This document shows positions 8,553 through 16,919 of a stretch of 64,000 nucleotides of DNA, piece by piece; position 1 is the stretch's first letter, and every line of letters begins with the position of its first letter. Made by a program: the position numbers and the translations under genes. Where the stretch lies: positions 3,728 through 67,727 of the forward strand of contig JAYRRF010000012.1 of the NCBI GenBank assembly GCA_041910335.1, written 5' to 3'. The DNA is from Candidatus Moraniibacteriota bacterium (GTDB lineage: Bacteria; Patescibacteriota; Minisyncoccia; Moranbacterales; UBA1568). The notes under the pieces are model-generated. The model was not told the origin of the DNA, did not search any database, and saw only the letters and a list, made by a program, of their open reading frames with translations.

Positions 8553-8866
8553 ACTCTACAACCTACAACCTACAACCTACAACCTACCACCTAAAATTGA
8601 CCGTGAATAATGATGTTTCCACTCTCAAACTCCAAAAAGGAGAAACACTGATAATGGAACAATCCTGGCCAGAGGAGCGAGATATGGGGAAGCAACTTCT
8701 TAAAGCACTGAAGAACATCCTTAATGAAAGTGGTGTGAAATCAGGAGAGATTGAGGAGTTCCTCATTGATGGAGAAACGAAAGACAACTTTACCTCGAGA
8801 CGTATTGCAGAGACGGTGCAGAGAACATTTCTTTTCGCTCGCAAAGCCACAGAAAGTGGTGGATAA
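8549..8866 (+). CDS. Hypothetical protein; 5' end uncertain (alternative start MEQSW at about 8657)
   Basis: 105-aa ORF whose N-terminus (TTYNLQPTTYHLKL) is encoded by the heptamer repeat. No recognisable motifs. Confidence 0.3.
   Translation: MNSTTYNLQPTTYHLKLTVNNDVSTLKLQKGETLIMEQSWPEERDMGKQLLKALKNILNESGVKSGEIEEFLIDGETKDNFTSRRIAETVQRTFLFARKATESGG
8556..8590. repeat. Heptanucleotide tandem repeat (CTACAAC) x4 plus one degenerate copy
   Basis: CTACAAC CTACAAC CTACAAC CTACAAC CTACCAC read directly. Lies just after the amidase stop (ATGA overlap at 8549-8552). Confidence 0.9.
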
Positions 8867-9033
8867 AAAAGAGTTGCTCCTTTCTCTGGATACGCTATAA
8901 TGCTCTTATCAATCAGAAATGTTTTTTGGTCCTTTGTACTGATTGAAAAGAAAAACAAAACATGAGCACTTCTTCAACTTAAAGAAGGATTTTTATAAAA
9001 AAAGCTTCCCCGAAGCTCTGTTTTGGTTTCCAT

Positions 9034-9062
9034 TTGACATTTATTTGACAAGTTGCTATACT
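9034..9062 (+). promoter_or_regulatory. Sigma70-like promoter upstream of rpoB
   Basis: TTGACA (9034-9039), 17-nt spacer, TGcTATACT (-10 at 9057-9062). About 200-nt leader to the rpoB ATG. Confidence 0.55.
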
Positions 9063-9270
9063 CTCAAGACTTGTTTTGTAAAGTGATTTACTTTTCTCAA
9101 AAGGTCCGAGTAAATCAGACAGTCGCGAGTACATTTATTCGGCCCGTAAGTTTCAAAGCAGATGGTGCGATCAGCCGCTCCAAGTCAGTCTTAATAATCA
9201 TCCAATTAATCTCACAGACCCTACTTGTCTCTCGCCTCGAGACAAGGAGCACCAATGTGAGCGCTTTTTT

Positions 9271-12200
9271 ATGTCTCAAGCCAAGAAAGCTCTTCGAGTA
9301 AAAGACAGCTTCAGTAAGGATTCTTCTCTTGCTAAGCGACGATTTTTCAATAATCGTATCACTGTTTCTTTGCCGGACCTCATTGAGGTACAGAAAGATT
9401 CATATAAGTGGTTTTGGGACAAGGCTCTTAAAGAGCTTTTTGACGAAATTAACCCAGTAGCTGACTTCACTGGGAAAGATCTTGAGCTTTCTATTGTCGA
9501 CTACTATCTTGATGAACCAAAGTACAGCGCACTCACGGCAAAGAATAAGAATATCTCTTATGAGGCTCCTTTGCGTGCTAAGGCTCAGCTCGTCATGAAA
9601 AAGACCGGAGAGGTCAAAGAGCAAGAAATCTATCTTGGCGAATTCCCATTAATGACAGAAAGAGGTACGTTCATCATCAATGGTGTAGAGCGTGTCGTTG
9701 TTAGTCAGCTCATTCGCTCTCCAGGAGTGTTCTTTACAATGGAGTATTCAAAGGGTAAGAAGCTTTTCGGAGCGAAAATCATTCCAAACCGCGGTGCTTG
9801 GTTGGAAGTAGAGACAGATGTTGATGGTGTTATTTCAGTTAAGATTGATCGTAAGCGTAAGCTTCCTGTCACTACTCTTTTCCGCGCTTTTGGTTTTGAT
9901 GAAAAAGCCATGCGTAAAGCTTTCGAAGATATCGATACTGGTGCTGTAAAGTTCATCGAGAACACTCTTCTTAAAGACACTACTACCAATCAGGGTGAGG
10001 CCTATCGAGAAGTCTATAAGCGTCTTCGTCCAGGAGACCTCGCGACAGAAGATAACGCCAAGCAAATGATTGACGCTATGTTCTTCAACTTCGAGCGTTA
10101 TGACTTCGGTTCAGTAGGACGTTACCGTTTGAATCAACGCTTGAATGTCGAGCGAGCTGATGTCGAAGAAAACCGTATTTTGAACACCGATGACCTTGTA
10201 CTCATCGTGAGTGAAGTCATTCGTCTGATGAATGATCCAGAAGGACGTGCAGATGATATCGATCATCTCGGTAACCGTCGTGTCCGTGCTGTGGGTGAAT
10301 TGATTCAGAACAAACTCCGTGTGGGTCTTTACCGCATGGTCCGTAACATCAAGGATCGTATGAGTACCTGTGACCCAGAAACAGTCGTACCAGGTCAACT
10401 CATCAATCCTCGTCCAGTTGCTGCTTCAGTGAAGGAGTTTTTCTCAAGTTCACAATTGTCACAGTTCATGGACCAGGTGAATCCACTGGCTGAGTTGGAA
10501 CACAAGCGCCGTTTGTCTGCGATGGGTCCTGGTGGACTTACTCGTGAACGCGCTGGTTTCGAAGTGCGTGATGTTCACCACTCTCACTATGGAAGAATTT
10601 GTCCGATTGAAACTCCAGAAGGTCCAAACATCGGTCTCGTCGGCCACCTCGCAAGCTATGCTCGTGTCAACGAGTACGGTTTCTTGGAGACTCCTTACTT
10701 GATTGTCAAACACGAAGTCAAAGCAACGGCAGAAGAGCTTGAGAATCGAATGCTCGTCGAAGGAGTGAGTGGTGTTGCTAAGGCTGGTGAAAAATTATCT
10801 GCAGCAACTGCCAAAAAAGTAGCTGACAAACTCAAGGGAGAGGTGGTGGCCGTAAAGCCATTCGTTACGCTTGATATCGAATACCTCAATGCTATCGTTG
10901 AAGACCGTAAAATCATCGCTCACGCTGGAGTAGAGCTCGATGAGCACCGCAACTTTGTTGGTGCACTCGTGGAAGCTCGTGTGAAGGGTCACCCAGAGAC
11001 GATTGATGCGGCCGCTCTCGACTTCATGGATGTTTCTGTGAAGCAGTGTATCTCTATAGCAACTGCCCTTATTCCTTTCTTGGAACATGATGATGCCAAC
11101 CGTGCTTTGATGGGTTCTAACATGCAACGTCAGGCTGTTTCTTGTGTCGTACCTGAGTCACCGATTGTGGGAACAGGGATCGAAGACAAGGCCGCTCGCG
11201 ATTCAGGACAAGTCGTCTTGGCTGATGCTGATGGAGAAGTTGTAGAAGTAGATGGAGGTCATATCGTCCTTCGTACCAAGGCTCCAGCTGGCTCTAAGAA
11301 AGAATTCAAAGACTACGAATACATCCTACAGACTTTCGAAAAATCAAACGCGTTTACCAGTATGAACCAGGTCCCTCGTGTCACGAAGGGTCAGAAAGTC
11401 AAACAGGGAGATTTGCTGGCTGACGGTGCTTCTACCGATCATGGAGAGCTCGCTCTTGGACAGAACATGGTCGTAGCTTTCGCTCCATGGGATGGATACA
11501 ACTACGAAGATGCCATCATTGTTTCAGAGCGTATCGTACAGACTGATCGTTGGAGTTCTATCCATATTGAGGACTTCTCGCTCGACGTCCGTGATACTAA
11601 GCTTGGACCGGAGGTCATCACTCGTGACATCCCGAATATCGGTGAAGATCGTCTGAAGAATCTCGATGAGAACGGTATCATCCGCATTGGAGCAGAGATT
11701 GCCTCTGGTGATATCATGGTCGGAAAAATCACTCCGAAGGGAGAGGGTGACCTCACTGCTGAAGAACGGTTGCTCCGTGTTATCTTTGGTGAAAAATCCC
11801 GTGACGTCAAAGACTCTTCTATGTACCTGCCTCATGGTGAGCGCGGTAAAGTAGTAGATGTCAAAATCTTTTCACGTGAACGTGGTGACAAACTTCCAAT
11901 GGGCGTCTTCCAGCAGATTCAGGTATCAGTCGCCAACATGCGTAAGATCAGTGTCGGCGATAAGTTGGCTGGTCGTCACGGAAACAAAGGTGTTATCTCT
12001 AAAATCGCGTCAGTCGAAGACATGCCATATCTACCAGATGGAACACCAGTAGACGTGATTTTGAACCCACTCGGTGTTGCCTCACGTATGAACATCGGAC
12101 AGATTTTGGAGACTCATCTTGGATGGGCTGCGAAGAACCTTGGTTACAAGGTGGCTAGTTCTTCTTTGGACGGTGTGTCTGAAGCGGATATCAAGGCTCA

Positions 12201-12675
12201 GTTGCGTGAAGCAGGTCTTCCTGAACACGGTAAGATGCGTCTCGTCAACGGCAAGACTGGTGAAGCCTATGACAATGAGTCTACGGTAGGAGTGATGTAT
12301 ATCTTGAAGCTCAATCACCTTATCGACGACAAGATTCACATGCGTTCTATCGGACCGTACTCTCTCATTACCCAGCAGCCGCTCGGTGGTAAGGCTCAGT
12401 TCGGTGGACAGCGCTTCGGAGAAATGGAAGTGTGGGCATTGGAAGGATACGGTGCGGCCCACACCCTGCAGGAAATGCTTACGATCAAGAGTGATGACGT
12501 CTTGGGTCGCTCGAAAGCATACGAGTCTATCATCAAGGGTGAAGCTATCAAGAGTCCAAATCTTCCAGCTTCATTCCACGTGCTCGTCAATGAACTCAAG
12601 GGCCTCTGCCTCAACGTTGAACTCAAGGGAGTAAAGACGGTAGATGTATCAGAGGATGAGCCAGATACTGTTTAA
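9271..12675 (+). CDS. rpoB: DNA-directed RNA polymerase beta subunit
   Basis: 1134 aa with beta-subunit motifs throughout (e.g. GNKGVISKI, MNIGQILETHLG). Confidence 0.97.
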   Translation: MSQAKKALRVKDSFSKDSSLAKRRFFNNRITVSLPDLIEVQKDSYKWFWDKALKELFDEINPVADFTGKDLELSIVDYYLDEPKYSALTAKNKNISYEAPLRAKAQLVMKKTGEVKEQEIYLGEFPLMTERGTFIINGVERVVVSQLIRSPGVFFTMEYSKGKKLFGAKIIPNRGAWLEVETDVDGVISVKIDRKRKLPVTTLFRAFGFDEKAMRKAFEDIDTGAVKFIENTLLKDTTTNQGEAYREVYKRLRPGDLATEDNAKQMIDAMFFNFERYDFGSVGRYRLNQRLNVERADVEENRILNTDDLVLIVSEVIRLMNDPEGRADDIDHLGNRRVRAVGELIQNKLRVGLYRMVRNIKDRMSTCDPETVVPGQLINPRPVAASVKEFFSSSQLSQFMDQVNPLAELEHKRRLSAMGPGGLTRERAGFEVRDVHHSHYGRICPIETPEGPNIGLVGHLASYARVNEYGFLETPYLIVKHEVKATAEELENRMLVEGVSGVAKAGEKLSAATAKKVADKLKGEVVAVKPFVTLDIEYLNAIVEDRKIIAHAGVELDEHRNFVGALVEARVKGHPETIDAAALDFMDVSVKQCISIATALIPFLEHDDANRALMGSNMQRQAVSCVVPESPIVGTGIEDKAARDSGQVVLADADGEVVEVDGGHIVLRTKAPAGSKKEFKDYEYILQTFEKSNAFTSMNQVPRVTKGQKVKQGDLLADGASTDHGELALGQNMVVAFAPWDGYNYEDAIIVSERIVQTDRWSSIHIEDFSLDVRDTKLGPEVITRDIPNIGEDRLKNLDENGIIRIGAEIASGDIMVGKITPKGEGDLTAEERLLRVIFGEKSRDVKDSSMYLPHGERGKVVDVKIFSRERGDKLPMGVFQQIQVSVANMRKISVGDKLAGRHGNKGVISKIASVEDMPYLPDGTPVDVILNPLGVASRMNIGQILETHLGWAAKNLGYKVASSSLDGVSEADIKAQLREAGLPEHGKMRLVNGKTGEAYDNESTVGVMYILKLNHLIDDKIHMRSIGPYSLITQQPLGGKAQFGGQRFGEMEVWALEGYGAAHTLQEMLTIKSDDVLGRSKAYESIIKGEAIKSPNLPASFHVLVNELKGLCLNVELKGVKTVDVSEDEPDTV

Positions 12676-12700
12676 ATCACTACACTAACGAAACAAACGT

Positions 12701-15700
12701 ATGAGCAATCCTATGGAAAACATAACGAAAGTGAGTGATTTCGACAGCGTGCGACTCACTCTCGCTAGCCCTGACCAGATTCTCGAGTGGTCACATGGTG
12801 AAATCAGCAAACCAGAAACCATCAACTACCGTACCCAGCGTTACGAACCAGATGGACTTTTCTGTGAGAAAATCTTCGGTCCTTCTAAGGACTGGGAGTG
12901 CTACTGTGGTAAGTACAAGCGTATTCGCTACAACGGTATCGTCTGTGACAAGTGTGGTGTCGAAGTGACACGCGCTATTGTTCGCCGTGAACGTATGGGT
13001 CACATCAAGTTGGCTACTCCGGTATCACATATCTGGTACCTTCGTGGAGTACCTTCAAAGATCGGTCTTGTTCTTGGTATTTCACCGCAAGACTTGGAGC
13101 GTGTCATTTACTTCTCTTCTTACATCATCATGGATGTCAATGAGAAGTTGAAAGAGCAGACACTTGATAGTCTTGAGAAAGAATACAAGGCCAAGCAGAA
13201 AGAACTGAAAGCAGGGGAAAAGAATGAGAAGATGCTTGAGGCTCGCTTGGATGAACTTAAAGATCAGTACAAGGCGACCAAGGATGAAATCAAAAACCTT
13301 CGTCCATACCAAATCGTTTCTGAAATCGAATACTTCAATCTCTCTAGTCGTTTCGGACAGGTCTTCACTGCCGGTATCGGCGCTGAAGCTATCCGTAAGA
13401 TCCTCGAGACTATCAATATCGATGAGAAACTCCAGGAACTTCGTGCAGAGCTTGAGTCTAATGAAAACGTTGACCAGAAGAAGCTCTTGCAGCGTCTGAA
13501 GGTGTACCAAGGTTTCCAAAAGGCAGAATTGAACTTCGAATGGATGTTGCCGACCGTATTGCCGGTTATTCCACCAGATCTTCGCCCAATGGTAGCTCTT
13601 GATGGTGGACGTTTTGCTACCTCTGACTTAAACGACCTGTATCGCCGTATCATCAACCGTAATAATCGTTTGAAGAAGTTGCAGGCTATCGGTGCTCCTG
13701 AAGTGATCACCCGTAACGAAAAGAGAATGCTCCAGGAAGCCGTCGACGCTCTCTTTGACAACAGTGCCCGTCGTGGACAGGCTTCTACCGCTGCCTCTAC
13801 TGGTCAGCGTCGAGCTCTCCGCTCACTCGCTGATGCCTTGAAGGGTAAGCAGGGACGTTTCCGTCAGAACCTCCTCGGTAAGCGTGTGGACTACTCTGGT
13901 CGTTCAGTTATTGTTGTTGGACCAAGTCTCAAGCTTCATCAATGTGGTTTGCCAAAGAAGATGGCTCTTGAGCTCTTTAAGCCGTTTATCATCAACAAGC
14001 TCATCGAAAAAGAGTACGCTCACAACGTGCGTACGGCTGGACGAATGGTAGATGCTGAAACTGAAGAGGCGTACGAAATCCTTGATCAGATCATCGAGCA
14101 TCACTACGTGCTCTTGAACCGCGCACCGACTCTTCACCGTCTCTCTATCCAGGCTTTCCAGCCAGTCCTTATCGAAGGTAAGGCTATCCGTCTTCACCCG
14201 ATGGTGTGTGAAGCGTTCAACGCTGACTTCGATGGTGACCAGATGGCGGTACACGTTCCATTGACTGACCAGGCTCGTCAGGAAAGTGCCAACATCATGC
14301 TCTCTTCTAAGAACTTACTCAAGCCTGCTTCTGGAGATCCTATCGTTTCCGCTCGTTTGGATATGGTGCTCGGTGGGTACTACCTCACTCACATCAAGCC
14401 AGAAGGGAAAGGAAAAGGAAAAATCTTCTCATCTATCAACGAAGCTATCTTGGCTTTCCAGAATGGATACGTCGACATCAACGTGGCTGTCAAATTGCTT
14501 TGGAATGGCCAGGTTATCGAGACCTCTGTTGGACGGGCTATGTTGAATGACATCCTTCCGGAAGAGCTCCAGTACGTCAACGAAGAAATGACCAAGAAAG
14601 AACTCAAGGTCTTGATGTCTCGTATCCTCGAAACCATGGGACAAGAGAAGGCAGCTATCTTTGCTGACCGTCTCAAGGACCTCACGTTCAAGTCAGTCTC
14701 TCGCTCAGGTATTAGCTGGGGAATGAATGATCTTATCGTTCCAACCGAAAAGAAAGAACTCATCTCAGTAGCTGAAGGTAAGGTCAAAGAAATTCATGAC
14801 CAGTACAACATGGGTCTTCTGACTGGAGAAGAGCGCCGTAACCGCGTCATCGAAATCTGGAATGACGCCAAGAATCAGATCACTGATGCTGTGCGTAATG
14901 CCATCAACAAAGAAGGTCCAGTTCACGCTATGGTCTACTCTAAGGCTCGTGGTTCTGAATCAGTGGTCGTACAGATGACTGGTATGAAGGGTCTGATGGC
15001 TGGGCCAACAGGTGAAACTATCGAACTTCCAGTCAAGAGCTCTTTCAAAGAAGGTTTCAATGTGTTGGAATACTTCATCTCTACTCACGGTGCTCGTAAG
15101 GGTATGGCTGATACTGCCCTTCGTACCGCTACCGCTGGATATCTCACTCGTCGTTTGGTAGATGTATCTCAGGATATCATTGTCCGTGATACAGACTGTG
15201 GTGATACAGAAGGAACATTCCTTTACCGTGAAGATTCCGAGAAGGTGGGTATTAGCTTCGCAAGCCGTGTCGAAGGTCGTGTTGTCATTGATGCTATCAA
15301 GCACCCAGAGACGAAGGAAGTACTCGTTAAGAAGAATACTCTGGTGAATAAAGCGGAAGCCAAACTCGTAGAAGAGGCTGGTATCCCAGCTGTAAAGATT
15401 CGTAGCTTGGTCAGCTGTCGTTCACGTCGCGGAGTCTGTCAGATGTGTTATGGTATTGACCTTGGCCGTAGTGCTTTGGTACAACTCGGTGCTTCTGTTG
15501 GAGTCGTGGCTGCACAGGCTATTGGTGAGCCAGGTACACAGCTTACTATGCGTACCTTCCACATCGGTGGTGTGGCCGGATCAGATATTACCCAGGGTCT
15601 CCCTCGTGTGGAAGAAATCTTCGAAGCCCGTAACCCAAAGACAGAAGCTATTCTTTGTGATGTTGACGGTCAGGTAGAAAAGATTGATAAGGACGTGAAG

Positions 15701-16336
15701 GCTATCAAGATTTTGGTCCGTGGCAATGACAAGCAGGCGTACGAGTACACCGTCCCAGCCAATGGAACTTTGAAGGTCAAGCAAAATGACTTGGTTGGTG
15801 TAGGGTCTGTTCTTTCTGAGGGTCACATTGACCTGAAGAAGCTCTACGCTGTGATGGGTCAGGAAGCGGTACACCGCTATATCATCCGTGAGATTCAGGA
15901 AATCTATGCTTCACAGGGTGAAGGTATCAATGACAAGCATATCGAAGTGATTATTCGTCAGATGATGTCTCGCTTCAAGATCGTTGATCCTGGTACGACG
16001 ATGCTCCTTCCGGGAGATGTCGTCGAACGTGATCAGTTCGAAGAAGCCAACGAAGAAGCTCGTAACGCCGGTGGTCGTGAGGCAACTGGTGAAGCGATGG
16101 TCTTGGGTATCACCAAGGTAGCTCTCTCTACAGAGTCATTCCTCTCATCAGCTTCATTTATGGAGACTGCTCGCGTACTCATCAATGCCTCTATTGCTGG
16201 TAAAGAAGATCGCCTCCGTGGTCTCAAGGAAAACGTCATCATTGGACGTCTTATCCCAGCCGGTACCGGCTATCGTGGACTTGATGGAGAACAAGAAGTT
16301 GCTTCCGCGGAAGTAACTGAAGAAGTAGTTGAGTAG
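12701..16336 (+). CDS. rpoC: DNA-directed RNA polymerase beta' subunit
   Basis: 1211 aa. Zn-finger CYCGKYKRIRYNGIVCDKCG, NADFDGDQM catalytic motif. Confidence 0.97.
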   Translation: MSNPMENITKVSDFDSVRLTLASPDQILEWSHGEISKPETINYRTQRYEPDGLFCEKIFGPSKDWECYCGKYKRIRYNGIVCDKCGVEVTRAIVRRERMGHIKLATPVSHIWYLRGVPSKIGLVLGISPQDLERVIYFSSYIIMDVNEKLKEQTLDSLEKEYKAKQKELKAGEKNEKMLEARLDELKDQYKATKDEIKNLRPYQIVSEIEYFNLSSRFGQVFTAGIGAEAIRKILETINIDEKLQELRAELESNENVDQKKLLQRLKVYQGFQKAELNFEWMLPTVLPVIPPDLRPMVALDGGRFATSDLNDLYRRIINRNNRLKKLQAIGAPEVITRNEKRMLQEAVDALFDNSARRGQASTAASTGQRRALRSLADALKGKQGRFRQNLLGKRVDYSGRSVIVVGPSLKLHQCGLPKKMALELFKPFIINKLIEKEYAHNVRTAGRMVDAETEEAYEILDQIIEHHYVLLNRAPTLHRLSIQAFQPVLIEGKAIRLHPMVCEAFNADFDGDQMAVHVPLTDQARQESANIMLSSKNLLKPASGDPIVSARLDMVLGGYYLTHIKPEGKGKGKIFSSINEAILAFQNGYVDINVAVKLLWNGQVIETSVGRAMLNDILPEELQYVNEEMTKKELKVLMSRILETMGQEKAAIFADRLKDLTFKSVSRSGISWGMNDLIVPTEKKELISVAEGKVKEIHDQYNMGLLTGEERRNRVIEIWNDAKNQITDAVRNAINKEGPVHAMVYSKARGSESVVVQMTGMKGLMAGPTGETIELPVKSSFKEGFNVLEYFISTHGARKGMADTALRTATAGYLTRRLVDVSQDIIVRDTDCGDTEGTFLYREDSEKVGISFASRVEGRVVIDAIKHPETKEVLVKKNTLVNKAEAKLVEEAGIPAVKIRSLVSCRSRRGVCQMCYGIDLGRSALVQLGASVGVVAAQAIGEPGTQLTMRTFHIGGVAGSDITQGLPRVEEIFEARNPKTEAILCDVDGQVEKIDKDVKAIKILVRGNDKQAYEYTVPANGTLKVKQNDLVGVGSVLSEGHIDLKKLYAVMGQEAVHRYIIREIQEIYASQGEGINDKHIEVIIRQMMSRFKIVDPGTTMLLPGDVVERDQFEEANEEARNAGGREATGEAMVLGITKVALSTESFLSSASFMETARVLINASIAGKEDRLRGLKENVIIGRLIPAGTGYRGLDGEQEVASAEVTEEVVE

Positions 16337-16361
16337 TTTCTCTCTCAGCAAACTTTCTACT

Positions 16362-16399
16362 AAAAAAGCCCTTGCAAAGGGGCTTTTTTTGTGCTATAC
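16362..16399 (+). promoter_or_regulatory. rpoC terminator fused to an extended -10 promoter (cassette copy b)
   Basis: AGCCCTTGCAAAGGGGCT hairpin, T7, GTGCTATACT. About 85% identical to copy a. Confidence 0.6.
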
Positions 16400-16475
16400 T
16401 TAAAAGGTAATAGTAAAAACGGGTGCTTCTTTTGTGGAGGAATCCGTTTTTTCTTAACTAATAAAAATAAAAACT

Positions 16476-16811
16476 ATGTTTGGAAAAAAAGAATTTGGTT
16501 TAGCTGCCGCCGCTGCTCTGGCAGCCTGTAGTCCTGCCGAAAAAGCTCCAACAAAAGAAAGTAACCCTCAGGAAGAGGTATTCAAATATGTAAGCTCTTC
16601 TGATACCTATGAAGTAGATGAGCCAGACGCACTTCCAAATCCCGATGATGTGACTATTACCTCACGTGAGGGGAGTGCTGAAGATGCAGTGATAGAAAGT
16701 CCCGAGGCGCAATACACACCAGAACAAGAGCGACAGATTCTTTCTGGGACTACTGGTGAAGTTGATGGTATGACCACCGAAGAAATCAACAAGCTAGAGC
16801 CACCAAAATAA
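16476..16811 (+). CDS. Small acidic lipoprotein
   Basis: 111 aa. Lipobox LAAC after a short signal peptide (LAAAAALAACS). Acidic, low-complexity mature part. Confidence 0.5.
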   Translation: MFGKKEFGLAAAAALAACSPAEKAPTKESNPQEEVFKYVSSSDTYEVDEPDALPNPDDVTITSREGSAEDAVIESPEAQYTPEQERQILSGTTGEVDGMTTEEINKLEPPK

Positions 16812-16825
16812 TGTAAACTCAATGA

Positions 16826-16874
16826 AAAAGCCCTCACAAGAGGGCTTTTTTTGTCGGCTATTGGGTGATATACT
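16826..16874 (+). promoter_or_regulatory. Terminator plus extended -10 promoter (cassette copy c) upstream of ftsK
   Basis: GCCCTC ACAA GAGGGC hairpin, T7, then TGaTATACT (16866-16874). Confidence 0.5.
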
Positions 16875-16919
16875 CTATGTATTCGCGTCGGGCGTTTCAT
16901 AACATATAAAACCGTAAGT

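Noticed and set aside
8584-8958. 124-aa minus-strand ORF between the amidase gene and the rpoB promoter
   Set aside because: It is antisense to the 8549 ORF and the intergenic region. No supporting signals, and it is convergent with rpoB promoter elements.
9053-9301. 82-aa ORF in the rpoB leader
   Set aside because: It overlaps the rpoB start, lies between the promoter and rpoB, and has no RBS or motifs. This is leader sequence rather than a gene.
12735-16242. Multiple 60-165-aa ORFs on both strands inside rpoC (and similarly inside rpoB, fusA and gyrB)
   Set aside because: They are embedded in long, conserved housekeeping genes, so they are shadow ORFs.
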